NCBI GenBank assembly: GCA_037142195.1
Contig: JBAXBA010000001.1
Location: 1-64,000, forward strand
Length of the DNA stretch: 64,000 nt
Direction: 5' to 3'
Source: Pseudomonadota bacterium
Lineage (GTDB): Bacteria; Bdellovibrionota_B; Oligoflexia; Oligoflexales; CAIMVM01
Under the pieces are notes generated by a model. The model searched no databases, was not told the origin of the DNA, and was given only the letters and a program-made list of their open reading frames with translations. A program made the position numbers and the translations under genes. Position 1 is the stretch's first letter, and every line of letters starts with the position of its first letter. Positions 39,271 to 49,082 of this stretch are shown here, one piece after another.

Positions 39271-40411
39271 CTTCAAATCCACCATCTAAATCCCCAAGAA
39301 AGACTCCCTGGGGGCGTGCCTCATGCTCATCGTTTTTCGCTTTTGTAGCGCCCTGCAATGCCCTCTTGATTTCAAGAGGAGGCCCCTCCTTTATCATTGG
39401 TTGAGGCATGTTGTCATGGGCAATCGCCGTGAAAGTGTCGGAGTCCCCTGATTCTTCGAGGTCAGAGCCCTCGACTTCCCTAGGCGCCCCCTCTAAAGAT
39501 AGGTCCTCTTCTTCCATCTGCTCGTCATAGTTTCCTACGAAGTCCGCCGGCCCTTCCGTCTCATCACCTTTTTCAATGGCTTCTAGCGCATTTTTCATAA
39601 TTTCATGGGAAGGCTGAAACGCCTCAAGCGGCGGCAGCTCTGCTAAAGAATGAAGTGCATAAACCTGTAAAAACTCATCGGTAGTGCCGAAAAGCATGGG
39701 GCGACCCGAATCTTCTTTTCGTCCTACACATTTAATCAAGTTTCGATCTAGAAGGTTCTTCATGATACTGCCAGCGTCAACACCCCTAATAAACTCGATA
39801 TCAGCACGGGTAACCGGCTGCCGATAGGCGATAATAGCAAGTGTCTCTTGGGCAGCCCGAGAAATCGGTCTAGGACGGGATGAAAACATACGCTCCATTA
39901 CTTCGCCTGCCGCCGGATCCGTCTGAAATTGATAGCCATGCCGGACATTTTCAAGCTTAAACCCGCCTTTTCGGGCGCGGTAGAATCGCACGAGGGAAGA
40001 AATGACCTCGGAAACTTCTTTTGAAGTAACCGATTCATCAGCCAAAATCTCCAAAATATCCCCGACCTTAAGGGGCTTGGGAGAGGCAAATAGAATAGCT
40101 TCCACAATGGAAGCCAAATCTAAAGCTTCCAAAGGCGCGGGAACACCCGCTGACAGCGACGAAGTCTCACCACCTTCCAGAATTTCGTCCTTCTCACTAG
40201 CAAGCAAAGTCTCGGATTCGGAAGATTCAGAAGAGAAGGCATCAGGCATAGACCCAACTAAAGAAATCTCTAAGGGATCCACCACCTCAAACATGGACTC
40301 GAGGTTTTCACCCAATAACTCATCAAAGTTGGGCTCTTCCACTGGTGGTGAAGGCTCTACTGAAGTCACATCAGATTTATCTAAATCCAAATCTTCAAAA
40401 TTACGGTTCAT
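39242..40411 (-). CDS. scpB: SMC-ScpAB subunit ScpB with acidic N- and C-terminal extensions
   Basis: VEAILFASPKPL, GYQFQT, ISRAAQETLAIIAYRQPVTRADIEFIRGV, GRPMLFGTTDEFL. Confidence 0.96.
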   Translation of the reverse strand: MNRNFEDLDLDKSDVTSVEPSPPVEEPNFDELLGENLESMFEVVDPLEISLVGSMPDAFSSESSESETLLASEKDEILEGGETSSLSAGVPAPLEALDLASIVEAILFASPKPLKVGDILEILADESVTSKEVSEVISSLVRFYRARKGGFKLENVRHGYQFQTDPAAGEVMERMFSSRPRPISRAAQETLAIIAYRQPVTRADIEFIRGVDAGSIMKNLLDRNLIKCVGRKEDSGRPMLFGTTDEFLQVYALHSLAELPPLEAFQPSHEIMKNALEAIEKGDETEGPADFVGNYDEQMEEEDLSLEGAPREVEGSDLEESGDSDTFTAIAHDNMPQPMIKEGPPLEIKRALQGATKAKNDEHEARPQGVFLGDLDGGFEDDDNSEEKY

Positions 40412-41232
40412 AGAACGTCCCCTGCTTGCTCATGTTGTTTTGGAATATCCTGCCAAGAGCTAAAGTCTTCTTCTGTCGCTGGCAGCTCTTCTAGAGTTAA
40501 ATCTTTTCTATATAACCAAATGGGTCCCATCATGGTTTCTTGATGTAAATTCATCTCGCCGTCTCGAACCAGCTGAAGAGCCGCTAAAATATGTGCGACA
40601 AAATTGTATCTTGCAGGAAACTTTAAATAGAGCCCCTGGAATAGACAAAACCGCGCCTCCTGGATAAACTCCCGCATCTCTTCAATGACCTGCTCGACTG
40701 TTATGCGGTGGGTTTTTGCCTTAACTCTTGACGGCTTACGGTCTGCTAATTCGGCTAGCATCTGCTCATATAGAACGACCAAATGACTCGCATCGCCTTT
40801 GAGGGGTGACTCTATGTGCTCATACATAGGCCCAAGTCGCGACCATTCCTGATTAGAAATGCGTTTAAATCCTGCCTCAGCGACATGGGCAAAGTGTTCC
40901 CCTGCGCGCCTAAACATATCGTATTGCTGAAGTCTATATTCTAAGGTCTTCTGGGGATCCTCATCTTCAATTCCCGCTTCACGTTGCTTTTTTTCGTCTT
41001 TAGGCAGCAGGCTTTCTGACTTGATTTCCAAAAGATGGGCTGCCATACCCATAAAGGCTGCGGCGTCAGAAAGATCACGAAATTTCATAACGCGAAGATA
41101 TTCAATATACTGAAACGTGAGTAAATAAAGATCGATATCAAATATATTTAACTGATGTTCACGAATTAAATGTAAAAGCAAATCCAAAGGACCTTCAAAT
41201 TGCTCTAATTTTACAAAATAGCTACTGGACAC
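40408..41232 (-). CDS. scpA: SMC-ScpAB kleisin subunit ScpA
   Basis: VKLEQFEGPLDLLLHLI, MAAHLLEIKSESLLP, C-terminal ILAALQLVRDG. Confidence 0.95.
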   Translation of the reverse strand: MSSSYFVKLEQFEGPLDLLLHLIREHQLNIFDIDLYLLTFQYIEYLRVMKFRDLSDAAAFMGMAAHLLEIKSESLLPKDEKKQREAGIEDEDPQKTLEYRLQQYDMFRRAGEHFAHVAEAGFKRISNQEWSRLGPMYEHIESPLKGDASHLVVLYEQMLAELADRKPSRVKAKTHRITVEQVIEEMREFIQEARFCLFQGLYLKFPARYNFVAHILAALQLVRDGEMNLHQETMMGPIWLYRKDLTLEELPATEEDFSSWQDIPKQHEQAGDVL

Positions 41233-41488
41233 TCAAACTCCAAACCTAGCCTACAACTTATAAAGATTAAATGAATCCTAAGACCTTTATAATGAAACTG
41301 GAACCTAGTTTCCACTAGGATTCTCTGGTATCGCTCCCATTTCACTCAAAACCCGCCATTTATTGCAAGAACACTTAAGAACTGATAGTTTCTAGATGCT
41401 GTGCTAATTAATCCTGGCCCCCTTGAGAGGCAAGGCGTAGAAGCGAATCGAGAACTCGTTTAACCTACTTAATATTTGGGCGCTAAAG

Positions 41489-43507
41489 GTGAGTTTAACT
41501 GTAAAAAATAAAATTGCTAGATTTATAAGTTCAGCACAATTTTCTGACGGAAAAAGAGTCACGCTGGAAATTACTTTGGACCGTGAACCCTTTGCAGCCA
41601 CAGAACTTCCGCGGGGACTCTCTTATTTGCCGGTAGAATGGTTAAAAAGCGAACCTTCTACTTGGTTTAGAGGGAAGGAAATTGCCAAAACATTTCTATC
41701 GAGCGGGACAGAATCTACAAGGTCCAAGTCTCATTTTTCAAAAGACGGCCTAATCGCCTACAAGGTGTCTGCACTTCAAGGGTTACTGGACTTTATGGAG
41801 CAAGAGTCCCTGAATTTTCAAAAAATAGTCAGCTTTGTACCCGATACATTTACTTGGCCTGATTCAAGTTTAGCCCAAATGATCGCCTGGTTTGGAGAGT
41901 TTTTTCCGTTAAAGTATCTCGATTCGCAAAATGTAGAGCAGGTGGCGTCAGCTTTTCAAGAGGACACGGGGGCGACGCTCTATGTTGGTACTGCTTTTCA
42001 TTGGATCAATCTCATCGATGACGGCCTAAAAGTGGCCTTTCCTAAATCCGGGTATCTCCTGGAAACCGGCGGCACTAAGGGTAAGTCACGAAATCTCACG
42101 AGGGCTGAATTTTATCAACTTCTCAGAACGTCACTACATGTAAATTCCAACCAGATTTTGAGTGAGTACGGCATGAGTGAGCTTTCTTCCCAAGCATGGT
42201 CTAAAGGAGACGAAACGGCATCCTATAGATTTAGCTCCTGGGTGGATTTGGCAGTCGTCCAAGGAAAAGAGCTGTCTTGCCTTGGTGAAGGTTCCTTGCT
42301 GATAAAGGACCCAAGTCGCATGGACTACCCCTATTCCTTTAGAGTGCAAGATGTAGCATCATTAAACCAAAGAGACTTTCATCTCTTGGGCCGTGTTCCT
42401 AGTTCCGCTTTAAAAGGATGCAGTCTGTTGGCAGAACAACCTCCCGCTGTCACTTCTCTGCATAAGCCCTTAAAAATCATCCCGCATGGCGATGGGCTTT
42501 CCTTTGAAGCTTTGAATGATGCATTTAAATCCCTGCTGGAAAGCCCTCTTTTTACCGGGGCATTGGAGAAAGAGTTCTACTCATCTGATCTTGCTCTGTC
42601 GGCCATTTTGGATTTGAAGCTTTCCTTTTATGGAAACCCTGAGGACCTCAGTAACGCCATCAAAAATTCCGGACTTTCGACACCCCAATTGACCATAGTC
42701 CCACCTTCCACTCACTCACTAGCCATCTTGCATCCCCTAACTTTAGCTTTAGCGCAAGGAGCCGCCATAAACATCCGCGTGCCTGAAGCTTTTGAAGGAG
42801 AAAATTCGAGTTTAAAGATCCTTATAAGACATTTCTCAAATTTATTTCCTGGCCGCATTCACACCCTCTCTCGAAAATTAAAGTTAATTGGATCCCAAGA
42901 AGAAACCCTAGTATTTTTTGGCAGTGATGTTTCATTAAATGAAATCAAATCATTCTATAATGGAGAGATATCTGCCTTTGGGAGTGCTGCCGCAGTATCT
43001 ATTGTGGGAAACCTTGAAAATTTGGGCTTAGCAATCAAGGATGCCCTTTCATTAGCCGGAAAAGGCTGCATGAGCTCCAGGGCAATCTATCTCATCGAGA
43101 CGAATCAAAATGATCTCAATAAGGAACTAGAAAAAATAATTCCTTTGTTGCCAAAAATCAATCTTTCCTTGTTTGACCGCTGCGCACTTGATCACGAAGA
43201 AACCGACTTACTTCAAAACGAAATCCCCTACCTCACTCGAAAGTTGAAAAACGACATTTTGTTTTACTTCCCTAATTCCCTTTCCACTCCATTTTCCACA
43301 CGATTGTTTTCCATTCCAATCTTCAAAATAAAAGCATCAAACCTAAAAGATTTTATTGGTAATTTAGGCACCTCTGTTTTCTTGAGCACCGATATAGATT
43401 TAGAAACTTCTAACTCTGGACTCGTGAAACGACCACTTGGCGCACTGAATATAAGTCCATTTGATGGGTATCACCAAAATAGAGCGCTATTTGCTAGCTC
43501 AAACTAG
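41489..43507 (+). CDS. Fused LuxE-like acyl-protein synthetase and LuxC-like acyl-CoA reductase
   Basis: LuxE-type FLSSGT, ETGGTKG, SEYGMSELSSQ, LLGR...KGCS; C-terminal LuxC-like VFFGSD, FGS, GKGCMSSRAIY. Confidence 0.72.
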   Translation: MSLTVKNKIARFISSAQFSDGKRVTLEITLDREPFAATELPRGLSYLPVEWLKSEPSTWFRGKEIAKTFLSSGTESTRSKSHFSKDGLIAYKVSALQGLLDFMEQESLNFQKIVSFVPDTFTWPDSSLAQMIAWFGEFFPLKYLDSQNVEQVASAFQEDTGATLYVGTAFHWINLIDDGLKVAFPKSGYLLETGGTKGKSRNLTRAEFYQLLRTSLHVNSNQILSEYGMSELSSQAWSKGDETASYRFSSWVDLAVVQGKELSCLGEGSLLIKDPSRMDYPYSFRVQDVASLNQRDFHLLGRVPSSALKGCSLLAEQPPAVTSLHKPLKIIPHGDGLSFEALNDAFKSLLESPLFTGALEKEFYSSDLALSAILDLKLSFYGNPEDLSNAIKNSGLSTPQLTIVPPSTHSLAILHPLTLALAQGAAINIRVPEAFEGENSSLKILIRHFSNLFPGRIHTLSRKLKLIGSQEETLVFFGSDVSLNEIKSFYNGEISAFGSAAAVSIVGNLENLGLAIKDALSLAGKGCMSSRAIYLIETNQNDLNKELEKIIPLLPKINLSLFDRCALDHEETDLLQNEIPYLTRKLKNDILFYFPNSLSTPFSTRLFSIPIFKIKASNLKDFIGNLGTSVFLSTDIDLETSNSGLVKRPLGALNISPFDGYHQNRALFASSN

Positions 43508-43902
43508 ATTTCAAATTCGAAGCACCAAAATTAGGGCACGCCATTTTGTTCGAAGGCTCCGCTAAGAAAGCACCAACCGATCTTCTACCTCGACAATAAA
43601 TTGGTCCAAACAAAAAAAATCTAAAAATACCTCTAGATTCTGATTAATTAAGTCCACAAATCGACGGTCTTCTGTTCAACAAGTGTGTTTGCATAAATCA
43701 GGTCACTGAAGCGGGCACAAAATAAGAGTGAAATTCTCTTAGCGCTAATAAAAGTGTACATAAAGCTCAGTTTCCCTAATCTAATAACCTCAGAAACTCA
43801 AAGGAATATACCGAATATTTTTATAAATTCTAAGATGACAAACTTTATTCTTAAATTTTAGTTCCGATGATCCAAGTGGCAAATAGCAGGGAAGCGCTTA
43901 GC

Positions 43903-46152
43903 ATGAACATGAACCAGATAGTCAAAAAACTTACTGCATGGATCTTATTGATCTCTCAGTTAGCTTTGGTGCCTACAGTTCCGCTCATATCCCAGCAAGA
44001 TCATATTGACCTAGCGACACACTATTCCAACTTGGCCAAGGAGACCGCTCAGGCAGTACTGACGCTTTCTGGAATCAAAAACGCCAGTGTCTCCGCCTCG
44101 GCCACTATGGAATTCAACAATGTAAAACTCGAGAAAGATGCTAAGATTTGGTATGACACGCAAATCTCAGCGGCGTCTGAAAAATCACAGGAAATTTTAG
44201 CTGCATCGCAAACCAACTTTACAAAACTACTCCAACTCGCCCAAGATGAACAAAAAAAACGGGATGTGGAAATCCGAAAAGAATATGAAATTTTAAGAGA
44301 AAAAGAAAGAATTGCTGCCGAAGAAGCCTCCAAAAAAGCTCTTGAGTCCTCAAAAAATACAACACGCCCAGCAGCGAAAGCGGGAGACTCTAACCAAGAT
44401 TCTACACGAATGGGAATTCTAAATATTGGGGCGCAGGATATTGATTTTAAAGACGGCACATCTGGCTTGCCTCAAGTTCCGGTGACCAATGTGTTCCCCG
44501 TTACGTCAATCGTAGTTCCCCCCCAAGGCGCGCCACTATCAGTAGGGATCAACTCGTCGTCAAATCCTGAGACTCAGTTAGTTCCATTTACATTTAAGGC
44601 CGCTGATTACCTGAGTAAGGTGAACATTACCTTAGTTCTTGGGAGCGAAGTTCCAGAGAAACTGGTGAAGAGCATCATCTCTAGGGTAGATATTGCTCTC
44701 GATTTGGGTAAAATTTCCTCAGGAAAACCGACTATTGATTGGATAAAAGTAGAAAAAGTAGAACTTGAGCCAACAGCCCCGATGCCCAGCCTAAAAGAGT
44801 TTATGAAAAGTCTTCTGGGTCCTAGCAACTTCTTTGTAAGTGGCGTCTCCATGGCGTTGATACTGGGAATATTCGTATTGGGCTCGGCTCTATTAACCTC
44901 AACGCTATTAAAAAAAGGCATCCAGAATGCGACAAGCACACTAGGTCAAGGAATTTCCTCTCTCAAGCCGCCAACTGATAGCGACGGTGAAGAAAAGACT
45001 GAAAATGATGCCGATTCCGAAGGAGACAATGAAATATCGGCGGCTGACGCAGAAGCTTCAAACCACGCGACAACCGCAGAACTAGGAAATATCAGAGAAC
45101 AACTGACAAAGCTGATCGAAATCGAGACTTACGCCTGCGCCGAAGTGATTAAAGACATCTTTTATGAAGATTCAGGATTTACAGATTTTAGAGACCTCGT
45201 AGTATTCATAGGCTATTCCTCACTTCGTCCCGTTATTGAACTTATTCCTAAAACCACGGTGGAAAAAATGTTGGGGTTTGTCGAAGAAAATAAAGATGTG
45301 GAACCCAATATCCTAAATGGTGCTCGAATCTCACAAGCAGTCTACAGCGAGGTCATCGCAAAGGTGTCATTTAAATCCCCTGAAAGCAAGCTGCTTGAAC
45401 CCGTAAAAGAGGCGCTGATTCGGGTTGAAGACAATGTGTTGGATGCCTTTATGAGAACTGCAACCAGCATGGAAGTTGCCTTGATTCTCAGAAGTCTTAG
45501 CAATGAAAGAAGTACTCGAGTTGTACAAAACATCCAAACCGAAGTTCTCAAAGAAGCTCTCCAAAAGCTTGGGGACGAATCCAAGACTTGGGAGCAAGTC
45601 ATTCCTAATCTAATAAGAAAAATTGCAGCCACTGCTGAAAAAATAATTGTTAAATCTCTCGCCCACCAAAGACTTATTCTGAAACTGGTCAAAAATGCGA
45701 CTCTGGATCAAGAAGAAATGATTTACGAATTAATCCCATCAAATGACTTCGAACTGAAACGTCAAGTTATAAAAACTAAGCTTCTGTTCAAAGACTTAAA
45801 ATATGTTCCACAAACTCTATTTGACAAGGCATTTGCAAAGCTGCCTATAAAAGTAAGAGCACAAATAGTCATAGCGGCTGATGAAGAGCTAAAGAAAGTG
45901 ATTTTCAAAGCAGTCACGGCAGGCACTAGAAAATTTGAGCTCTTACAAGCAGAGGTTTCCGAACTAGAAAGAAATGAGAAACGGGTTGCAGATATAAAAC
46001 TCAACCGTATATCACTATTTGGCGAACTTATGTTTGAAATACGAGCTATGATATCTGACAATCCACAATGGATTGAATTGATTTTAAAAGCCCAAGCTGA
46101 TGAGCTCAATCTTGATGCCCCTAGTGGCATAGACACTATCACGGCCGCATAG
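43903..46152 (+). CDS. Membrane protein with FliF-RBM3-like periplasmic part, TM helix and FliG middle and C-terminal domains
   Basis: N-terminal hydrophobic segment; split RBM3-like halves; TM ~aa322-347; FliG-M-like LIRVEDNVLDAFMR...VALILRSL; FliG-C-like LLFKDLKYVP...AADEELKKVIFKAVTAGTRKFELLQAEV. Start 43903 or 43909 (ORF track 43867). Confidence 0.65.
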   Translation: MNMNQIVKKLTAWILLISQLALVPTVPLISQQDHIDLATHYSNLAKETAQAVLTLSGIKNASVSASATMEFNNVKLEKDAKIWYDTQISAASEKSQEILAASQTNFTKLLQLAQDEQKKRDVEIRKEYEILREKERIAAEEASKKALESSKNTTRPAAKAGDSNQDSTRMGILNIGAQDIDFKDGTSGLPQVPVTNVFPVTSIVVPPQGAPLSVGINSSSNPETQLVPFTFKAADYLSKVNITLVLGSEVPEKLVKSIISRVDIALDLGKISSGKPTIDWIKVEKVELEPTAPMPSLKEFMKSLLGPSNFFVSGVSMALILGIFVLGSALLTSTLLKKGIQNATSTLGQGISSLKPPTDSDGEEKTENDADSEGDNEISAADAEASNHATTAELGNIREQLTKLIEIETYACAEVIKDIFYEDSGFTDFRDLVVFIGYSSLRPVIELIPKTTVEKMLGFVEENKDVEPNILNGARISQAVYSEVIAKVSFKSPESKLLEPVKEALIRVEDNVLDAFMRTATSMEVALILRSLSNERSTRVVQNIQTEVLKEALQKLGDESKTWEQVIPNLIRKIAATAEKIIVKSLAHQRLILKLVKNATLDQEEMIYELIPSNDFELKRQVIKTKLLFKDLKYVPQTLFDKAFAKLPIKVRAQIVIAADEELKKVIFKAVTAGTRKFELLQAEVSELERNEKRVADIKLNRISLFGELMFEIRAMISDNPQWIELILKAQADELNLDAPSGIDTITAA

Positions 46153-46160
46153 ATAAAACA

Positions 46161-46946
46161 CTAAGCGGGCTTCTTCCAGTCAATTCTCTCTTTTGGCAAA
46201 AGAAATGAATTCAGCTCTTCACCTAAAACCAGTGGATTTGTCTTCGCATGTATAAGTTTTATCGACTCGATAATGATAAGATTCTTTCGGTTAATTTCTT
46301 TAGCCGATGCGGTTAGATTCTCACCAATTGGAATCACAATCAGATTGGCGAGAGCAATGCCATATAGTGTTGCTACTAGCGCAATTGACATGGAAGGGCC
46401 GATCGTCTTTTCAGCCCCAGGCTTGCCAAGTCCGCCAAGCAATGCAATCATTCCAAGAACTGCGCCCATAAGTCCCATAGCGGGAGGATACTTCCCCATT
46501 GCTTTAAACTTAATAGCATCCGCCGAATAACGTTCAAAAATGGTTGCATTTCTCAATTTCAGAAGTGTAACGAGATGCTCAATCTCCACAATTTCATCAA
46601 GTAGTAATCTCATCCCCTCTTTCAGAAACTCATCTTTATTGTCTTCAATCAAAGTTTTGAGGTCAGAATTTTCATTTCTGTAGGAATCAGCAATCTTCAT
46701 GATTTGCCTAATCAAAACTTCAAAATCCATAGGTTTTGAGTTCACAGTCCGCGCCCAAAAAACCTTTAACATCAAAAAAGTCTGCTTTAGCTGAAAACTA
46801 ATGGCCGTAGCTGCTATAGTACCACCAAAAACAATAACAATGCCGTGCACATCCAAAAAACTTCGTGGATTATCCGTTGAACTTAGCGCGGCCCAGAATA
46901 TTACACCTAGGGCAAGAGCAAATGATAGAATGGCAGAATAATTCAA
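46161..46946 (-). CDS. motA: MotA/PomA-family stator subunit
   Basis: FLDVHGIVIVFGGT, EFLKEGMRLLLD, MGKYPPAMGLMGAVLGMI, SIALVATLYGIALANL, NPLVLGEELNSFL. Confidence 0.93.
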   Translation of the reverse strand: MNYSAILSFALALGVIFWAALSSTDNPRSFLDVHGIVIVFGGTIAATAISFQLKQTFLMLKVFWARTVNSKPMDFEVLIRQIMKIADSYRNENSDLKTLIEDNKDEFLKEGMRLLLDEIVEIEHLVTLLKLRNATIFERYSADAIKFKAMGKYPPAMGLMGAVLGMIALLGGLGKPGAEKTIGPSMSIALVATLYGIALANLIVIPIGENLTASAKEINRKNLIIIESIKLIHAKTNPLVLGEELNSFLLPKERIDWKKPA

Positions 46947-47143
46947 AGTTAGCCCTCTCTTTCACATTGTATCCTATCATATTTAAACAAACTGCGTACT
47001 GCGGAGGCATAACTCGCGCTTTTGCTTCCATCACAGAGGCAAATCAAATTTTAATTTTTGATAATTAACATAAATATACTCATTAGCATTCGCCAGTTAG
47101 TTATTTGCATATAAATTTCGAGCAAACTGGGCAAATTTCGCAT

Positions 47144-47170
47144 TAAAGATGCAATATGGCCATCCGATAG
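47144..47170 (+). promoter_or_regulatory. Candidate sigma28 (FliA) promoter
   Basis: TAAAGATG-N11-TCCGATAG versus consensus TAAAGTTT-N11-GCCGATAA; 34 nt before ATG 47205. Confidence 0.6.
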
Positions 47171-47204
47171 ACCTAAGTGTGAATCCTAAGAACTACGGGA
47201 GCCC

Positions 47205-48074
47205 ATGATCGTGAAATTACATTCAAAACATATTTTGGTGCTAGATGGATCTGCCATGATCCGCTGGCTGCTAAATATATTTGGCGGAATTCACGTAGAA
47301 ACCCTTGAGTTCCAACATCAAGACTCGAATATAGATAGAAACGATGAGTACTCCATCTCTGCCATGAAGACTTCGACTTTCAATGAGGTTGGTGTACTAG
47401 ATGACCAGTCAAAAAATGCAATTGAAGAAGTTACGTTACCAAAAATCAGCGCAATAGAATCTGATACCAACAACTCTTATTCACAGATAGAATCCTTAAA
47501 AACTGTAATAGAAAACAAATTGGTTGCTGATTCATTTTTTGTTGAAACAAGTTTAAGCGGTATTTCGAATGAGCCAAAGAAATCTAGCGAACCGAATGAA
47601 ATTCTTTTGGTAGCTTCAGAATCTGACCATAAACCTTATGGAGAAGACCTGGTTTCTCTCTCATCTTCTGAAATGATGTCACTACCGTCTTTAGAAACTC
47701 TCAACCCATCAGAAGTTTACAAGTCTGATAGCCAACTGCCGGTGATCGAAGATACTCCCGAGTGGACATATGGATATGACCCCAATTATCAGCGCAGAGT
47801 ATTGGCTGTCACTTCAAAATTTATTCAAAAAATGGACAATCAAGATGCTGCTGATTTTGTCAACACACTTGATCCACTTCTTGTGGAAGAACTATTAAAA
47901 GACAATTCCCTTCCCCCGGTCGTCAAAGGCATCGTAATCGGCAAAAAATTCGGTAAAAGCCAAGTCAGTCTGGCGAACTTTTTAAACACCCAAAAGGCGT
48001 TAAAAAATAATCTACATGGTGAAAAATCCCAAGTTCATCCGCACAATTTGACAGGAGTCAAAAATGGAAATTAA
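47205..48074 (+). CDS. Hypothetical protein: acidic S/E-rich disordered region with short helical C-terminal domain
   Basis: Long ORF with GGGAG SD; C-terminal KMDNQDAADFVNTLDPLLVEELL. Confidence 0.65.
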   Translation: MIVKLHSKHILVLDGSAMIRWLLNIFGGIHVETLEFQHQDSNIDRNDEYSISAMKTSTFNEVGVLDDQSKNAIEEVTLPKISAIESDTNNSYSQIESLKTVIENKLVADSFFVETSLSGISNEPKKSSEPNEILLVASESDHKPYGEDLVSLSSSEMMSLPSLETLNPSEVYKSDSQLPVIEDTPEWTYGYDPNYQRRVLAVTSKFIQKMDNQDAADFVNTLDPLLVEELLKDNSLPPVVKGIVIGKKFGKSQVSLANFLNTQKALKNNLHGEKSQVHPHNLTGVKNGN

Positions 48075-48741
48075 AGATAAAGTTTTTACAAACAAAATAC
48101 TTTCTGATGCTGATAATAGTCGGTATTTTAATGTCATTCTGAAAAATAGTAATCGGATTGAACTTTGGAAAGTACCTATGATCGCGCTTTACGGCGGACT
48201 TCTCAGCATGGGATTCCTAACTCTGGTTACAATTCTTTGGTTCAGCAATATCCACCCCCGGCAATTGATGTCTCATATTCATTCGATTCCCAAACTCAAA
48301 GGCGAATCCTCCCTCGAGTTATCAAAGGTTATTCCATACATCTCTGGAGAAACAAAGATATATGCAGCAACCGCTTCGACACGAAATCAAGATCTTATTT
48401 TAAACCTCACTTTGACGAAAGAACTTCCCGTAAAACAAGGAGTTAATCAGCGAGTTTCTTCTAGACTCCTTGATACTAAAGGCAATCTTATGGATCCAAA
48501 AATTCTCGGCATTTGGAAAGCCCCCATTGCTAAAAATTCTACTGACAAATCAAGTGTCATAAAGCTTTTAATACCACGGTCTGCGCTTGAGAATCCAAAT
48601 TCACAAAAGATAGAGGTTTCAACCTTTGAGAATGAAAAGATAAGCTTTACCTTCTTGGTAAATCTTGCGGCCTTAAAAGAAGATTCAAACTCGCTAAAAA
48701 ATCTGTCCCAAATGACGAATAAAGTTCTCACTAAAAAGTAA
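48064..48741 (+). CDS. Single-pass membrane hypothetical protein
   Basis: TM helix (IALYGGLLSMGFLTLVTILWF) then beta-rich domain; AGGAG SD; overlaps the previous gene. Confidence 0.65.
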   Translation: MEIKDKVFTNKILSDADNSRYFNVILKNSNRIELWKVPMIALYGGLLSMGFLTLVTILWFSNIHPRQLMSHIHSIPKLKGESSLELSKVIPYISGETKIYAATASTRNQDLILNLTLTKELPVKQGVNQRVSSRLLDTKGNLMDPKILGIWKAPIAKNSTDKSSVIKLLIPRSALENPNSQKIEVSTFENEKISFTFLVNLAALKEDSNSLKNLSQMTNKVLTKK

Positions 48742-49082
48742 GTGGTAGATATATAGGATCGATTTTCATTTCAGAGGCTCTATTCAGGCTAGGCTCAGGG
48801 AATGCAATCAACTTCCTTGACCAATTCTATCCCTGGCAAGAAATCAATGCGCAGGAAAAGTTCACCCTCATCTCTAGAAACAGAGATTAGGTATTTTTTG
48901 GCCCCTCAACCCCCAGAGGTGAAACGTCAAAAAGGTTTAGCCCCAGACTTTATGTTCCATCTTGATGCGGTGAGGCTAGCTCTCACTAAGTAAATTTCGC
49001 TCTTTTTGGTTTGTAGGTATCGTGTGGTATATTGAAGAGACATATCTATCGAATTCCATATGAGAATTTAAGGGGTTTTAAG

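Noticed and set aside
41489..43507. Bioluminescence operon
   Set aside because: No luxA, luxB, luxD or luxG-like genes in the window.
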